A stretch of DNA of 64,000 nucleotides. Source: Octopus sinensis. Lineage: Eukaryota. The stretch is taken from positions 20,460,001 through 20,524,000 of the forward strand of contig NC_043009.1 of assembly GCF_006345805.1 (NCBI RefSeq), in the 5' to 3' direction. The notes below the pieces were generated by a model. It searched no databases, had not been told where the DNA came from, and saw nothing but the letters and a program-made list of their open reading frames with translations. Numbering within the stretch: position 1 is the first letter of the stretch; every line of letters begins with the position of its first letter. A program made the translations under genes and the position numbers. Of this stretch, positions 39,429 through 53,030 are shown piece after piece.

Positions 39429-40789
39429 TTACATTTTTATTTTTTGAGACAGACTTCTGTACAATTCTTGTTTCAAAATAATATTCTGTCACTCTCTCAT
39501 ATCTTTCATACCTTGCTTAAATGAGAAATCTTATCTTTTTTAGTTATCAAAATTTATTTTATAGGCTTTACTTTCTTTCTTCTTTTCATTCAGACCATGT
39601 CTTTTTACATATAATTATAGCGAAATTCTGTCTCTGTGCGAACCCTGTATCTCAATCTACATTTGCTCTTCATAGACATATTATACCTTTTTGGAATCAG
39701 GATGATCCCAGGATTGAAAATCTGCCTTTCATTTGATTCTTAAACATCCAGCATTGGGATCTGATTTAAAAGCATTTGGGTTGCTATTTCTAGCAAGCAA
39801 AGCTTGGCTGATTCACGTCATCCTGGTTGGCGTTTGTCAGATGACATCAGAATCAATGGGGAGATAAACAACATTTGTTTCATTAATTTTATTGTCGAGA
39901 TAAGAACTTTGGGGCAAACTGGCCTACAGTTGGAAATCAACTTGGGACTGGGAATGATTGCACTACAGAATTAATTCTCATCTGCCTCTAACCTCTGATC
40001 AAACACCACCAGGGCCTATGGTCATTATAGTCATGTTATTTAGCTCTCTTTATTTTTGATCCACCAGCCCAATTAGCCCTTTGCTGGAGCCAGGCTAAAA
40101 GTCTGCATGCAGTGTGGCTATTAAGCTAGTTTTATATAATCTTATCTTGATCATCTTACCTCTGATGTTATAGTATTTGTGTCATTCTTCTCTGCATATT
40201 ACAGTTCCATCCCTAAACCCTTCAGTTCTCTATTTCTCGTAGAACACATCATCCTATGACAACAACATTAAGACCAGCCAATGACATTCACAGTAAGCCA
40301 GCACCTTGTTTGTTTGGTTTTTGTTTTAAAGAAATGTTATGGTTTAATGTTAAATTAAGGACAAATCATTTCTGAGAGTGGCTCTTGCGAATTATTATAG
40401 CCTAGAGGCATTGTGCCAACAGCTTTGATCACACACAATGCCGTTAAATAATCTCGCTGGTTATATTAGGTTATTGTTGCTGTTGTTGCAGTGATGATGA
40501 AAGAATTAGAACAAAACATAGGCTGAAGTTATAAATAAATGATGGTCCAATTCCTGCCTCAGGAAGAGAGAAGCTTGTTTCAGCAGGATTGGCCATCAGG
40601 AGTAGGAGGAAGCTGTCCTAAACCATCAGAAATGGGTGTGGAGGTATAACTGGTAGACAACAACAGCAGCAGCAGCAAGGAGATTAATTTTTTTTTTTTT
40701 TTTTTATTGCTAGCATTAGGTGAGGATCAGGCTTAACATGAATTATTAATGAGCACGTTATCATATAGTAAGACATCAATATTTATATG

Positions 40790-41280
40790 GAGGGAGGCAA
40801 GCTAGCAGAATCGTTAGGATGCCAGGCAAAATGCTTAGCAGTATTTCGTCTGCCATTACATTCTGAGTTCAAATTCTGCCAAGGTCGACTTTACATTTCA
40901 TCCTTTCGGGGTCAATTAAATAAGTACCTATTTCTTTACTACCCACAAGGGGCTAAACACAGAGGGGACGAACAAGGACAGACAAACGGATTAAGTCAAT
41001 TATATCGACCCCAGTGCGTAACTAGTACTTATTTAATCGACCCTGAAAGGATGAAAGGCAAAGTCGACCTCAGCGGAATTTGAACTCAGAATGTAGCGGC
41101 AGACGAAATACCTCTAAGCATTTTGCCCAGTGTGCTAACGTTTCTGCCAGCTTGCCGCCCTGGGGTCAATTAAATAAGTACCAGTTACACACTGGGTCAA
41201 TGTAATCAACTTAATCCCTTTGCCTGTCCTTGTTTGTCCCCTCTATGTTTAGACCCCTGTGGGCAATAAAGAAATAACTA
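40790..41280. mobile_element. SINE with a same-family antisense SINE nested inside (40929-41161)
   Basis: 21-bp duplication GGGGTCAATTAAATAAGTACC at 40908 and 41162; decayed relatives near 1190, 1960, 9280, 11170, 11340, 11820, 30500 and 62540. Confidence 0.85.
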
Positions 41281-41628
41281 TCTATATGGAGGAGGTAGAG
41301 GGGTATAAGGGTAGGTAGAAGGGTACATCAGTGTTTGGTTGTGTTATCATGATGGCAGTGGCTGTGACAACAACTGTATTGTCATGTCTACCTACCCCGG
41401 GTGTTTTCAATGTGTCTCTTTATAATGTCTGCTTGTCCTTTGGAGTTGATTTGGACAATATCTGGTAAGGGGGAAAAGGAGAAAAGTGTGGTCTCCACAT
41501 AGGAATGAGGGGGGGTGTCATTAATGTAGAGAAGATTGTGATAGATATAACTGATTCTTAGGGAGAACTAGAGTTGATAGAGCAGTGGTGTGTGTATGTG
41601 AGAAAGAGAGAGAAAATACAGTTGGAGA

Positions 41629-41663
<35 letters not shown>

Positions 41664-42548
41664 ATTGAAAAGGTTGACAATTTAGTCAAGAAGTTGTCAG
41701 AATAAACTTTGAAATAAGGGTGAGAGAACAAGAGGTCTGTTAGTAAAAATTATGATTAAATAATCTGGTGATCATCATCATCATTATCAGCCAAACTTTT
41801 TAGCTTACATTTATTGACATAGAAATGAAGATTAACAGAATTTTCGGCTGATTGGAACTGCAAGCTCTGCTGAGTATGTTGGACATACCATACATCAGTA
41901 GAACCAGAGTTAAAAGCACAAACTTTGGAATACACAAGATGAAGGATTTATTAGTTTGTCCTTTATCTTTATTCTTTGAATTCATGACCAATGAGGGAAG
42001 TGTCCAGTAAAGAACTTTGTTTTAATTTTAGAATAAAAAAAACAGACCTCACCAGTACTGGTGCCCCATAAAAACCACCCAGTCCACTCTATAGTGGTTG
42101 ACGTCAAGGACATCCCACTATAAAAATCATGTCAAAACAGACAGTTGGAGCCTGGTGCAGCTTCCAACCTTGCCAGCTCATTCAACATATGTCAGCATGG
42201 GTTGGGCGGCCATTAAATCCAAGAACTTCACAAGTTTGCAACTAGAACAGATTCAAGATTTTGAAATTTTACCATGTCTTGGTTACAGTAATAACATAGA
42301 AATGATTATTTGCTAAATATGGGACAGAAAATTACAATAAACTGAATAGAAAGCACACATCTGTAGCCAATTGAGCATCTGAAAAGTCAAGTTCTTCTTC
42401 AGCTGTGGAGAGTTATTTACTCTTCGTAAGCCACAAGTATAGCCTACATTAGAATGTTTACCCACATCTCTGAGACGGTAAAACTATTACACATCCCCAA
42501 AATAGGTAAACCTTCAGTGACCAACATAACACTACTCAAACACTGTGC

Positions 42549-42552
<4 letters not shown>

Positions 42553-42612
<60 letters not shown>
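42553..42612. repeat. (CT)n microsatellite
   Basis: About 30 units; other (TA)n/(CA)n arrays lie at 8757-8822, 37925-38105, 39020-39130 and 59114-59180. Confidence 0.95.
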
Positions 42613-42614
<2 letters not shown>

Positions 42615-43949
42615 CCCCTGTTATATTTACAGACAAATCAGCACCGACCAACACACTACAAACACTGGTACAGTCATCTTTCTTTCCTTTTCTCTCATTC
42701 ACACTAACTGTTATATTCAGACAAATCTTCACTGACCAACATTACAGACACTGGTACATTAAAATGTTCTATTTTCTCTTTATCACCACCACTGCCACCA
42801 CCACCACCACAGTTCCTGTCCTTCTAATAAACCTTACCTGAGACTATTTACCCAAACCTTTGTGCTTCCATACTGACATTCTCCCCACAGTCTATATCAG
42901 TCCATAGGAAGTTCAAACTAAACGTCAATGCAATCAAGTTTAACAGTTTGGAATTGGGAAAGTTTTGTGTATCGTCTGTGTTGATGAGCCAGGTCTGTCT
43001 ACTAAACAGATTTATGATAAAAATGCTACAGCTATGACCATTCTGTCTTATCATTGTTGTTTAGCACCAGGTCAGCCCCAATCCACCAGATCAAGTGTGT
43101 TAGAGCCCTGGCCATCCTCTCTTGTTCAGCCCTGGACCTTCTCTAGCACACCAAAAAGACCTATGGCCACTCCATTGTGTTGTTGTCCCAAGTCATTGCT
43201 CATCTACCAGACAGATCTGTCATTAATTCTGTTTTGGGGCAATTGTGTTTTTAGAACCAAAAGTTTAGAAATTGGAATTAATTTGTTATACTGTATGGAG
43301 ATGAAATGAAGGTTGGATTGTTTAGTTCAAAGCCCATCATCAAAGAGAATAATGGGTTTTTTTTGGGTTTTTTTACAAAAAAGAAAAATATTTTTCCTGT
43401 TCCAACAAAGATTTTCTTTAAAATGTCAGAAATCCCACTTGGTTTCTTCAACTCTTTTTATTGTTTGTATATTTATAATCAATTATAAAGATTAATATTT
43501 ATGAGAAAAAAGTAAAAACTATCCATTAATTTTACTTGTAGAGAGGTAGAAAGTGACAGGAAATGTGCGGAACTCAAGATGAAAGTCAGTTAAATCAACT
43601 TTGAATTTACATTAGAACTGCAGGGTTGGTAGTTTCCAAGATTAATTCTAGAAGCAGTTGTAACTGAGTATCTCAGAGATTCAATAACAATTTCTGTTGT
43701 TAACAGAAGGGTTTGTAATTTACAAAGCCAGCCTTCCCCCACCCCATCCCACCCCTAGGATCAATAAGATAAAATGAAAAAAAAGTATCAGTCAACTGAA
43801 AAGTTGGCTTCAGCAGGAATGGAACCCAGAATGTAAAGAACCAGGAGAAATATTACAAGACTTTTTTCTGATGCTTTTAGGATTTTGTCAGTTTGGCAAT
43901 TTAACAATTTATTCTCTGCTTCCCAACTCCAAATAAAAATGTGAAATTA

Positions 43950-45280
43950 TTAGAATTGTACAGGTAGGAGTTCATCAAGGTTCAGTCTTTAGTTCCCTCC
44001 TTTTCATTATTATCCTCTAAGCCATAACAGGAATTCAAGAGTGGCAGACCCTTGCCTTCATAGCAGATTCCATATCAAAGCTAGACAAGAAATCCTAGGT
44101 GTGGAAGCAAAATGTAGAATCTAAGGGCCTCAAGATTAACTTAACAAAGACTAAGGTCCTAGTAAGCAAGAAAACTGACAGGACCCCACCCGCTCACATA
44201 GGTGGCCCAGTTCAATTTGTAGGAAAGGGTTTCAGCTGGAACTCCATATAGTGTACCCAGTGTAAACTATGGACACACGAGATGCAGTGGATTAACAAGA
44301 ACATTATCAGAGAAGATAGTTTTTGTATGTGGAAGACACACAGGATCCATGGAAACTTTAGAGACTCGGGAAATTTATTCTTTCAAATGCCCTGGTGACT
44401 CATTAGAGGTACGAAATGATTTCTGCTACCAAGGAGACCAAATTAGTTGTGGGAAGGCTAGAATAAGACTAGGATGGAGGAAATTCAGAGAGCTGTTACC
44501 TTTGTTGGTCATGAAAAGTTTCTGTCTCCAGGCAAAAGGGAGATTGTATGATGCATGTATAGGGACAGCAATTCTACATGGTAGTGAGATGTGGGTCCTG
44601 AATGGAGAGGACATGCGAAGGGTGGAAAAGAATGAGGCAAGTATGCTCCACTGGATGTGTAATGTAAGTGTACATGTTCGACAGAGTGCTAGTGTTTTGA
44701 GAGAGGAGTCAGGCATCAGAAGAATTAGTTGCTGTGTGCAAGAGAGGAGACTGCACTGGTTTGGTCATGTGATGCAGATGGATGCCAACTGCTCCATAAA
44801 GAAGTGTAGATCTCTCAGAGAAGGTGGAACATGTGGAAGTGGAAGACATGGGGTGAAGTAGAGAAAAACAACCTCAGGACTCTGAACCTGTCAAGCAATT
44901 TGACAAGGATTGAGATGCCTGGCACTGGACCCATACTCTGCAGCAGAAGTGTTAAGACCGCTCCCTCTAATGGTACCATGTAAAAGCACCCATGTGGTTC
45001 CACATAAAAGCGCCCATGTGAAGCCTCATAAAATCACCTGTGTGGTTCCATGTAAAACTGCCCATGTGGCACCATGTAAAAGTGCCTGTGCAGTGCCACA
45101 TAAAAGTACCCAGCACACTCTGTAGAATGGATGGTTTAGGTAGGCATCCAGCCATAGAAACCAGGCCAAATCAGACTGGAGTCTGGTGCAGCTCCCCAAC
45201 TTGCCAGCTCTGGTCAAACTGTCCAACCCATGCCAGCATGGACAATGGACCTTCAATGATGATGATGATGATGATGATTA
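43950..45280 (+). mobile_element. RTE LINE 3' portion with (GAT)n tail
   Basis: ORF 44349-44861 (RLGWRKF, LHGSEMW, WFGHVMQM) followed by the same 3' UTR family. Confidence 0.88.
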
Positions 45281-48200
45281 AAAGATGAAATTTAAGTATG
45301 GTTTCTTACAAATAAGACTCAGATGTTATTGTTTAACCCAACGATCTACCCTGGTTTTGCTGATTTTACAATGATCACAGGCGTTCCATAGTTTGATCGT
45401 CCCATTTTTTTTTAACATAGTATATCTTGGAGTACATCATCCAAAATGTCCTACATTAAAATAGTAGGGTGTGATTTGAGGGGGATTTGGCTGCTATTTT
45501 TACCAAATCAAGCAACCACTTAGAAAATGTCTCCTTGTTATTGAGGATGAATTGAGAAGTGATGTTCGTTTATTTCCCAGGAACATTAATAATCTTAAGT
45601 AAATGAAACAGCAGCTGTTATTTGAGAGCCAAAGCTGGTTTGAGAAGCGAGTAAAGAATTGAAAGTGACCCACTTTTATTGGACATTGAAGTGTGTCTAA
45701 CTAAACATATGTTTCACTTAGTCATGAATGTAGCAGTTTGTGGCAGCACTAATCTTTTGATAATCTATTATTAGTATTAACAACCTTGAAGAATTTTGGC
45801 ATTTTGTCCTTTATACAAGATATAGTCCATGAATCTATCAACAAGGAACTTATAGAGGAGGCTGTCTCTCTATAAACTGCTAGAAACACAAGCTGAACCT
45901 CTTTTAGATCACACATTACTGTCTTTAAAAAAATAAAATGAAGGATATATTTTATATTATGTCTGAAAAAACAGGCAAAACGATGACTACGTGCAGAAGA
46001 GCATCAGTCCTAAGTCTGCTGGACGAAGGTTAAATTGTGGCTAGAACACTTAATTTTTATGGAGGACTGTAACTCTGGATAACAATTCACTTGGACTGAC
46101 AATCTAACTTCTCTCATCACTAAAATCTGGATATAAAATAATGATGGTGTTTTTTTATTGTCCAATTTGTTCCTAGTTTTGAGAAATGTAACAATTTGCA
46201 CACGTCATCAAATAGTTTGGGTGTTTTGTTTTTTTTTCCATAAATTTTTAATTTTTTACTCCTCTCACACCTCCCCATAAAAATGTTTAAATTCTCAACT
46301 TGGTGATACACCTGGTTAAAGTTCATGTTTTATAAATCTCTGTTTATAAAATATACATTAGTTTCATTCTAAAGTAATCTTTTTTTTTTTTCAAGTCATG
46401 TGACATTTTTAAGATGCAGACATTTTAATATTTTTTTTTTATTAGATTACATTACAAAAAAAAAACTATTTTAAACTTTAAAAAGTAGGAATTGTAAATA
46501 GCCACTGTGGTGAAGGAGTTATTAAATCTGTTTTTACCCGTGAGGAATTTCTGGCTTTCATAGGTTTATGTATATATATGTATGACATATAGTTATGACA
46601 TTCAAATAATTGTATTGTTTCCTTCAATTGTTTGCTATATTTAACTTAAGAATAAACAGCTAACAATGGAGTGCTTTGTGATGGAAACAGCATTTGTGCT
46701 AGCAAAGAACATTTACTTGTAAAATTCTCCGTGCAATTTAGGTCTATATAAATATGTCAGGGACCAAAGGTAATTTTAATTGACTCTGCCTTCTGTCCTT
46801 GAAAAAAAATGTTGACGTTTTGTGCCTATGGGAGGACTCAGTAGATATGTCAGCATAGGGAAAAAATGAGATGAGTGAACAGACAGGCATGGCTATGGGG
46901 TTCACTTCACAATCCTGTGGTTTCGGGTTCGATCCCCCTGCACAGCACCTTGTCCAAGTGTCTTCTGCTATAGCCCTGAACTAATTAATACCTTGTGAAT
47001 GAATTTGATAGACATAAGCTGTTCAAAGTTCATTGTTAGGATTGGGGGGTCTATACATGTACTTGTGTGTCAATGTTTACATTCTACAGTCATCCAAAGA
47101 TTTTCATTGCTATGGATGGTGACATTTGTTGACGTTTCCCTGCCAACAAATCCCCCAGAAGCTCTGTACTTTCTAAGACAAGTGGAATGAGAATTCCCTT
47201 ACCTGACTTTCAGGTAAGGGTTAGAGACTTGAAGGGCATCTCGTTGCAAAACAATACCTCAGTAATATGTATTTGTCTAACCCAAGCTAGCATGGAGAAA
47301 AAGGCATATCACAAATGACTGATAGTGTCGAAGGAGATTTCAAATGAGAAATACCAGAGAAGTAGTGAAGATCAATCTTGGGATGTTGGACTTCACTAAG
47401 GAGTTGAAATGGACCTGTCCAACTCATAGTGGCATGGAAAGGTAGCCATGAAATTATTATTGTTGATGAGGAGGACCTCACTTTAATAATCCCCACCCTC
47501 ATATAATTACCCCTACCATCACCACCCCTATACTCCATATATTTTTTTGTACTTCCTATATTCATCTTCTCCACATTAACACAGTGTGTAACAATATCAT
47601 CACCATCATCATTCAGATGGAATTCATTGAGAAAGATTTTCTACGGCCAAATGCCTTTCTGTTGCCAACTTTCACCTGTTTCCAAGCAAGGTCATATTTC
47701 CCCATGGCCAGACATTTTTTTCTTTTTTCAGATAATGAATGATATTGCTTGTATTGTGGTAACACTTGTTTACAACCATCACTTGATGTCAAGACATGTT
47801 CTTTCAGTTTTCACCGTACCAGATTCACTCACAAGGCTTCAGATGGCCCAATGCTATAGTAGAAGACATGTGCCCAAGATGCTGAACAGTGATTGAAATC
47901 GAACCTGCATGGTTAATGATGATGTTGCTTGGAAGGGCAATGAAGGAACATATGGAAAACTGAAATAAAGCCAGCATGTATATGGCTGCTGGTTGACAGA
48001 TCAAATGAGGATATTTTATCCTGACACCATTTCCATACTTGATGCTAAAACACTTTTATATTTAAATTATAAGGTTAAACTTTCTAGAAATAGTAAAATA
48101 GTTTTATAAAGTTAATCTGACATTTACATATTTACAAGAATCTGTGTTGAAGACTTATCAGTAAAATACTAAATACTCTCTCTACTTTATACATTTGTGT

Positions 48201-50148
48201 ATGTTACTCTGGTACTGAAAATATATAAAAGCCTCCTATCCTGTTTATATTTTCTATGGCTGATATCCCAATAATTTTATGTTAAGTCTGTTTTGGGGCT
48301 CCTTTAGTCCTCCCACCTCTGTTGTAATGCCAATGATAGCATGAGGAAAAGGTACCTCACTCACACTGTATGACATACACTGCACAAACAAAGTTGACTG
48401 GGTGTTTCTCTGTCGTTGCTGTTGTGTGAACTGGATAACATATGGACCGTGACCAGAGTGACTAGAAAAGACCGGTGGGGGGGGGCATGGAAAGGAAGAA
48501 GGAAAAAAAACAACTGACATAAATTGACGCTAATGATGTGTGTGTGTGTGTGTGTGTGTGATCACAGTCATCATTTAACATCCATTTACCAAACTAGTAT
48601 GGGTTGGACAGTTTGACAGGAGCTGGCAAGTCAGAAGACTATGCCAAGCTTGATTGTCTGCATAAACACGATGTGTATCGTCACCATCATCATCATTTTA
48701 CACCCTGCATCCCATGCTGGCGTGCCTTGGAGTACATATACATATAATGTATATGTGCTTAGGAAACTGTCCCCAACATACTCTCAGCTGGCCCATGGAA
48801 GTATTAAAATGATGACGATGATGATATACAAAACACACACATACACATCATGAAGTATGTCTACATGTGTATGTTTGTGTGTTATCATCATCCTTATCAT
48901 CGTTTAACATCTGCTTTCTATGCTGGCATGGGTTGGACATACCCGATTATTCTGTCCGTTTTCCTCCCCCTCCTTCCCTTTCTCCCTCCTATCATTATAT
49001 GTATTCATCCTCTTGATTCCTCCAACACATACACACACAATATCTTCTCCACAAACCCATCCTGCATACACACTTTAAATTTTTTCCTCTTCATTTCCTC
49101 CCAGTACTTTCCTAACAACAAGGTCTGATGGACACAATGTAAAAGCATGACTTTGATGCAAGTCTGACAAGGTGCCTCTCCAAGGCCCAAAAACACGAAT
49201 ATTACATAATTTTTCTTTTAAATAAACTGGCATTACAAATGGAGACAATACGAAAACATGTGTAACTTATAACTAAAGATATGTTAAAGAATTTTCTTTG
49301 TCTTCTTCTTTTCATTGGTCATCATCATCATCATCATCATTTAAAGTCTGCTTTCCATGCTAGCATGGGTTGGACAATTTGACTGAGGACTGACGAACCA
49401 GATGGCTGCACCAGGCTCCAATCTGATCTGGCAGAGTTTCTACAGCTGGATGCCCTTCCTAACGCCAACCACTCCAAGAGTGTAGTGGGTGCTTTTACAT
49501 GCCACCGGCACGAGGGCCAGTCAGGCAGTACTGGCAACGGCCACGTTCAAATGGTGTTTTTTACATGCCACCTGCACAGGAGCCAGTCCAGCGGCACTGG
49601 CAACGACCTCACTTGAAACCTCTGTGTTCCATGCTAGAGTGGGTCAGACAGTTGAACTGGTTCCAATGGGCCCAAGGACTGCATCATGTTCCAATGTCTG
49701 TTTTAACATGATTTCTCTGGCCTGATGTTCCTGATAATGCAAAACAGGAGAATAGTAATGATGACCCTTCCCAATCTCCTAGGTAACAAAACTTACCAGC
49801 TTCTTCTAGCGAGTCATCCAAGCATTTAAGAGAAACTATTTCCAGTGTGCTTCTAGTGCATACTGCTCCAGTGCGTCCCTCACAAAGTTTACCTTCTCAG
49901 ATAGTCTGCTTGTGGCTCCACTGCATCTCTTATGTGTCCATAATTTCTATTGGGTACAATGTATACTTATCACAGGAGACCTACTTTTTCTTTGTGTCAC
50001 CAATAGCCTCACTATGTTAAGGAGATTTAATAAGACTGAAATATAACCAGAGTTATCACCCCTGTCTACTAAATGTCAAACTATTCTCACTGTATATTTC
50101 CAATTTCAATTTTAAAAGACTCTGGAGTGTCATCTCATTACAGTTTTA

Positions 50149-50575
50149 CAGCCAAAACGTTGTGTTAACAAACAAGATGAGGACAAATATCTATCAAATG
50201 TAAATAATTCCTCATCTCTTAAATATAGAACTGTATTATCTAATTGGTACGGAGCCGACATTAGACTTTGGAACCAAAACTAATACCACCTGGCTTGAAG
50301 GAAGGATAGGAAAATATTAGATTTATAAGCCCTAAAATTCACTCCATAATTGCATATGGCATAGTGGTTAAGAGCACGGGCTACTAACCCCAAGATTCCG
50401 AGTTCAATTCCAGGCAGTGGCCTGAATAATAATAATAGCAACAACATTGAAACATGCCCAGGTTCAAAACTTCCCCAAGACATCTGATGAAGACCGGAGG
50501 GTATATATCAGCCGAAACATTATGTTAACAACAAATAAGATGAGAACAAATATCTGTCAAATGTAAATATTGTAC
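50149..50575 (+). mobile_element. tRNA-like head plus hammerhead repeat unit (candidate retrozyme or Penelope-type pLTR derivative)
   Basis: ~57-nt direct repeats 360 nt apart (50149 and 50509); A box TGGCATAGTGG at 50357; B box GAGTTCAATTCC at 50400; hammerhead core at 50479-50526. Confidence 0.7.
50479..50526 (+). ncRNA. Minimal type I hammerhead ribozyme motif (decayed copy)
   Basis: GACAT-CTGATGA-A-GACCG-(loop)-CAGCC-GAAAC-ATT-ATGTT; stem I GACAT/ATGTT; stem II has two mismatches; the upstream repeat keeps the CGTT form of stem III and the cleavage triplet. Confidence 0.65.
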
Positions 50576-51114
50576 ATTAGTTAGTTATCTCCCTTTGCGT
50601 TTATTAAACAATGTTCACCAATGTTTACCTCACACAGTCTTGATAGTGTTGGTTCATTGATGTTATTGTGCTGGCTACAGTATGTTAGCCCATATTTTCA
50701 GTATTTGGGTTGTTATATGATATCACGGTATTTGTAGGCTCCTTGATAACAGCATTCAAAAGAAATCAATCACAAAATATTCTGATTGATCTGTGTTGAA
50801 TATGAAAACATTACGGACATAATTAAGATGGCTTAATATATTCTACCTCACTTACCTGAAAAGCTAACATTAGATTCAATGTGTTTTAAGAAATAATTTG
50901 TGATGACTGTTTCTTAGTATTAAAATTCAATAATGGAGTATTCAAATGGAGTGGTGAGCACCCTTAGAATGATTGACGTTTGTCGAGAAGCTAAATTCTT
51001 CATTGCAGTCTTTGAGAATATAATGAAAAATTTAACTTCTTAACAAGGTTGTTTGAGCTTGTTGATTTTTGTTATTTTTTTTTTTAATCCTTGACTATTT
51101 TGTCTCTTCCTCAG

Positions 51115-51200
51115 CTTGATACCTTCAATATTGAAGCTCCATACCACAATACGGAAGAATTAAGCACTGGAATTGCCATGTCGCAAATCTTAAATAAAAT
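51115..51200 (+). CDS. HOOK3: Hook-family protein exon 2 (Hook/CH-like domain)
   Basis: ttcctcag|CTTGAT...AAAAT|gtaagt; LDTFNIEAPYHNTEELSTGIAMSQILNK(I), comparable to human HOOK3 IQTFNVDAPCQTVEDLTNGVVMAQVLQKI (from memory); 86 nt. Confidence 0.92.
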
Positions 51201-53030
51201 GTAAGTTTCACTCTTTTTGTTTTTACCATTTACTCAGCTGAGTGACACTCGTGTGCAGTAAGTGCCACTTAGTATAGAGAAAATACTAAAATAATGATGA
51301 CAATTACAAAGAAAAACAAAATGATGATAATTACAATAGTTTTCTTGGTGCTAATTAGAATTGTTTAATGAAAGATGGTCATGTGTTTACATGTAACTAT
51401 GGCAGAATTGTTACAGCTTCAGAGAAAATGCCTTATGGTACACTCGTTGAGGTCAATTTTAACTTTCATTCTTCTGGGGTCAGTAAAATAAATGACCAGT
51501 GAAATACTGAGTCAATTTATTCAGCTTGCCCATCCCTTTCATTCAGTTTATGATCCTGTGTCCTATATTAGAAACCATAATTACTGGATATAATTAATTA
51601 TTTTATGTCAATTTAATTTACTTTTATGATGATGATGTAATCATAACTGTCTGAGAGAGAATGTATGTCAGCCTGCAGAACACCTGTACAGCAATGAGCT
51701 CTTGGATAAGACACAGTCCACTTAGCTGTACATGGGTACCATGAGGTGGTACAGGCCTGTAGCAGCAATTTTTAGCTTGTAATATCAGGTTCAAATTATT
51801 CCATGAATGTGGAATTATTTGAATTTTATTTTCAACACGAAAAGACACATTAGATAATGTAGTCCTCACGCACATGCACCCCCCACCTAAAAATGAGTTG
51901 GTCACAAATGGAGCACTGTTAATCATAAGTCTGTTTAAAGGTGAATCTTGATTTATGTGAAACAGTGATAACATGATCCTGTTGCTTATAAGTTTGCTAA
52001 ACCTCACCAACTCCCCATCCTATACAGAACTTGAGGCTAGTAGAATTGTGTTTATGATGGCTGGGCTCTAAATACATTAGTGATTGGTCCTTTAGTAACT
52101 GATGTGGCACTCTTCAACATGGTCGACTACACCTGTTTCTACTACAGTATAAAAACATTCAACAAAGATACCTTGTTTTTTTTAATCAGTACAGAAAAAA
52201 AAATGAAGGAAGAAGCAAGTCTTTGGTACCAAAGTACCATCATCATCATAAATGTTCTTTAGTTACAACCCACTCGTGGTGTGATGTCTACTATTTATAT
52301 CATTTAGATTGCTGGTCTCCTCATCTTGATTGTTGATTTCACTACATTTCAGCACTATTGTATGTCTTGTGTTGAATTTGGTTGTTGTATCAGAATCTCA
52401 AGCCTAACCGTTTCTTTGATCCACGGGGAGTCCACTGTCTTCATTCCACTCTCTGTAATGAGATGCAAAGAGTGAAGTGAGAACAGGGGACCCCTGTAGA
52501 TTATATAAAAGATTTTTAGGTATGAAATTCCAATACAACAACCAAGTTCAACACAAAACACCTGAAGCAGGCTGGAGCATACAACAGCCAAAACGTCATG
52601 GAATCAATAATCAAGATGAAGAGAGCAGCAATCCGACTGATATAAACTATGGACATAATATCAATTCCATGTCTCAGCAACATAGAATTGTAACACTTGC
52701 TCTGGATTAAATCAAGATAACAGCTCGTTAATCTGAGGATGGGATCTAAGCATATTTTGTTCCTATTTCTAGCATGTCAGGCTCTCATTGGCTCAATAAA
52801 TCTTGAGGAGTGTTTGGTGGAATTTATTAATCTTAGATAGAAAATGTTGATAATTTTTGGAATGAGTTATTAAGAGAACCATCTTGTCAGTGCCATGATG
52901 TATATATTTGTCAAATTAAGAATAAAACTGGAACAGGAAATCAGCTGTCACGAAATAAATGTGTTGAAGCTGGCACCTGCGTGATAATTAGTTGTGTTGT
53001 GTTGTGTTGGTTGGAATATACGGAGAAAAC

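Noticed and set aside
42848-43309. Short ORFs with complex composition in Hook intron 1
   Set aside because: No recognisable motif and no convincing splice-site pair in frame with Hook.
44960-45115. About 22-bp periodic repeats resembling a CRISPR array
   Set aside because: These are degenerate tandem subrepeats within the RTE 3' UTR; there are no unique spacers or cas genes, and the context is eukaryotic.
50349-50422. tRNA-like sequence (apparent ACT anticodon) as a real tRNA gene; also the SINE heads at 16840, 18397 and 53092
   Set aside because: In the 50349 copy the acceptor and T stems do not pair; all of these heads are embedded in repeats.
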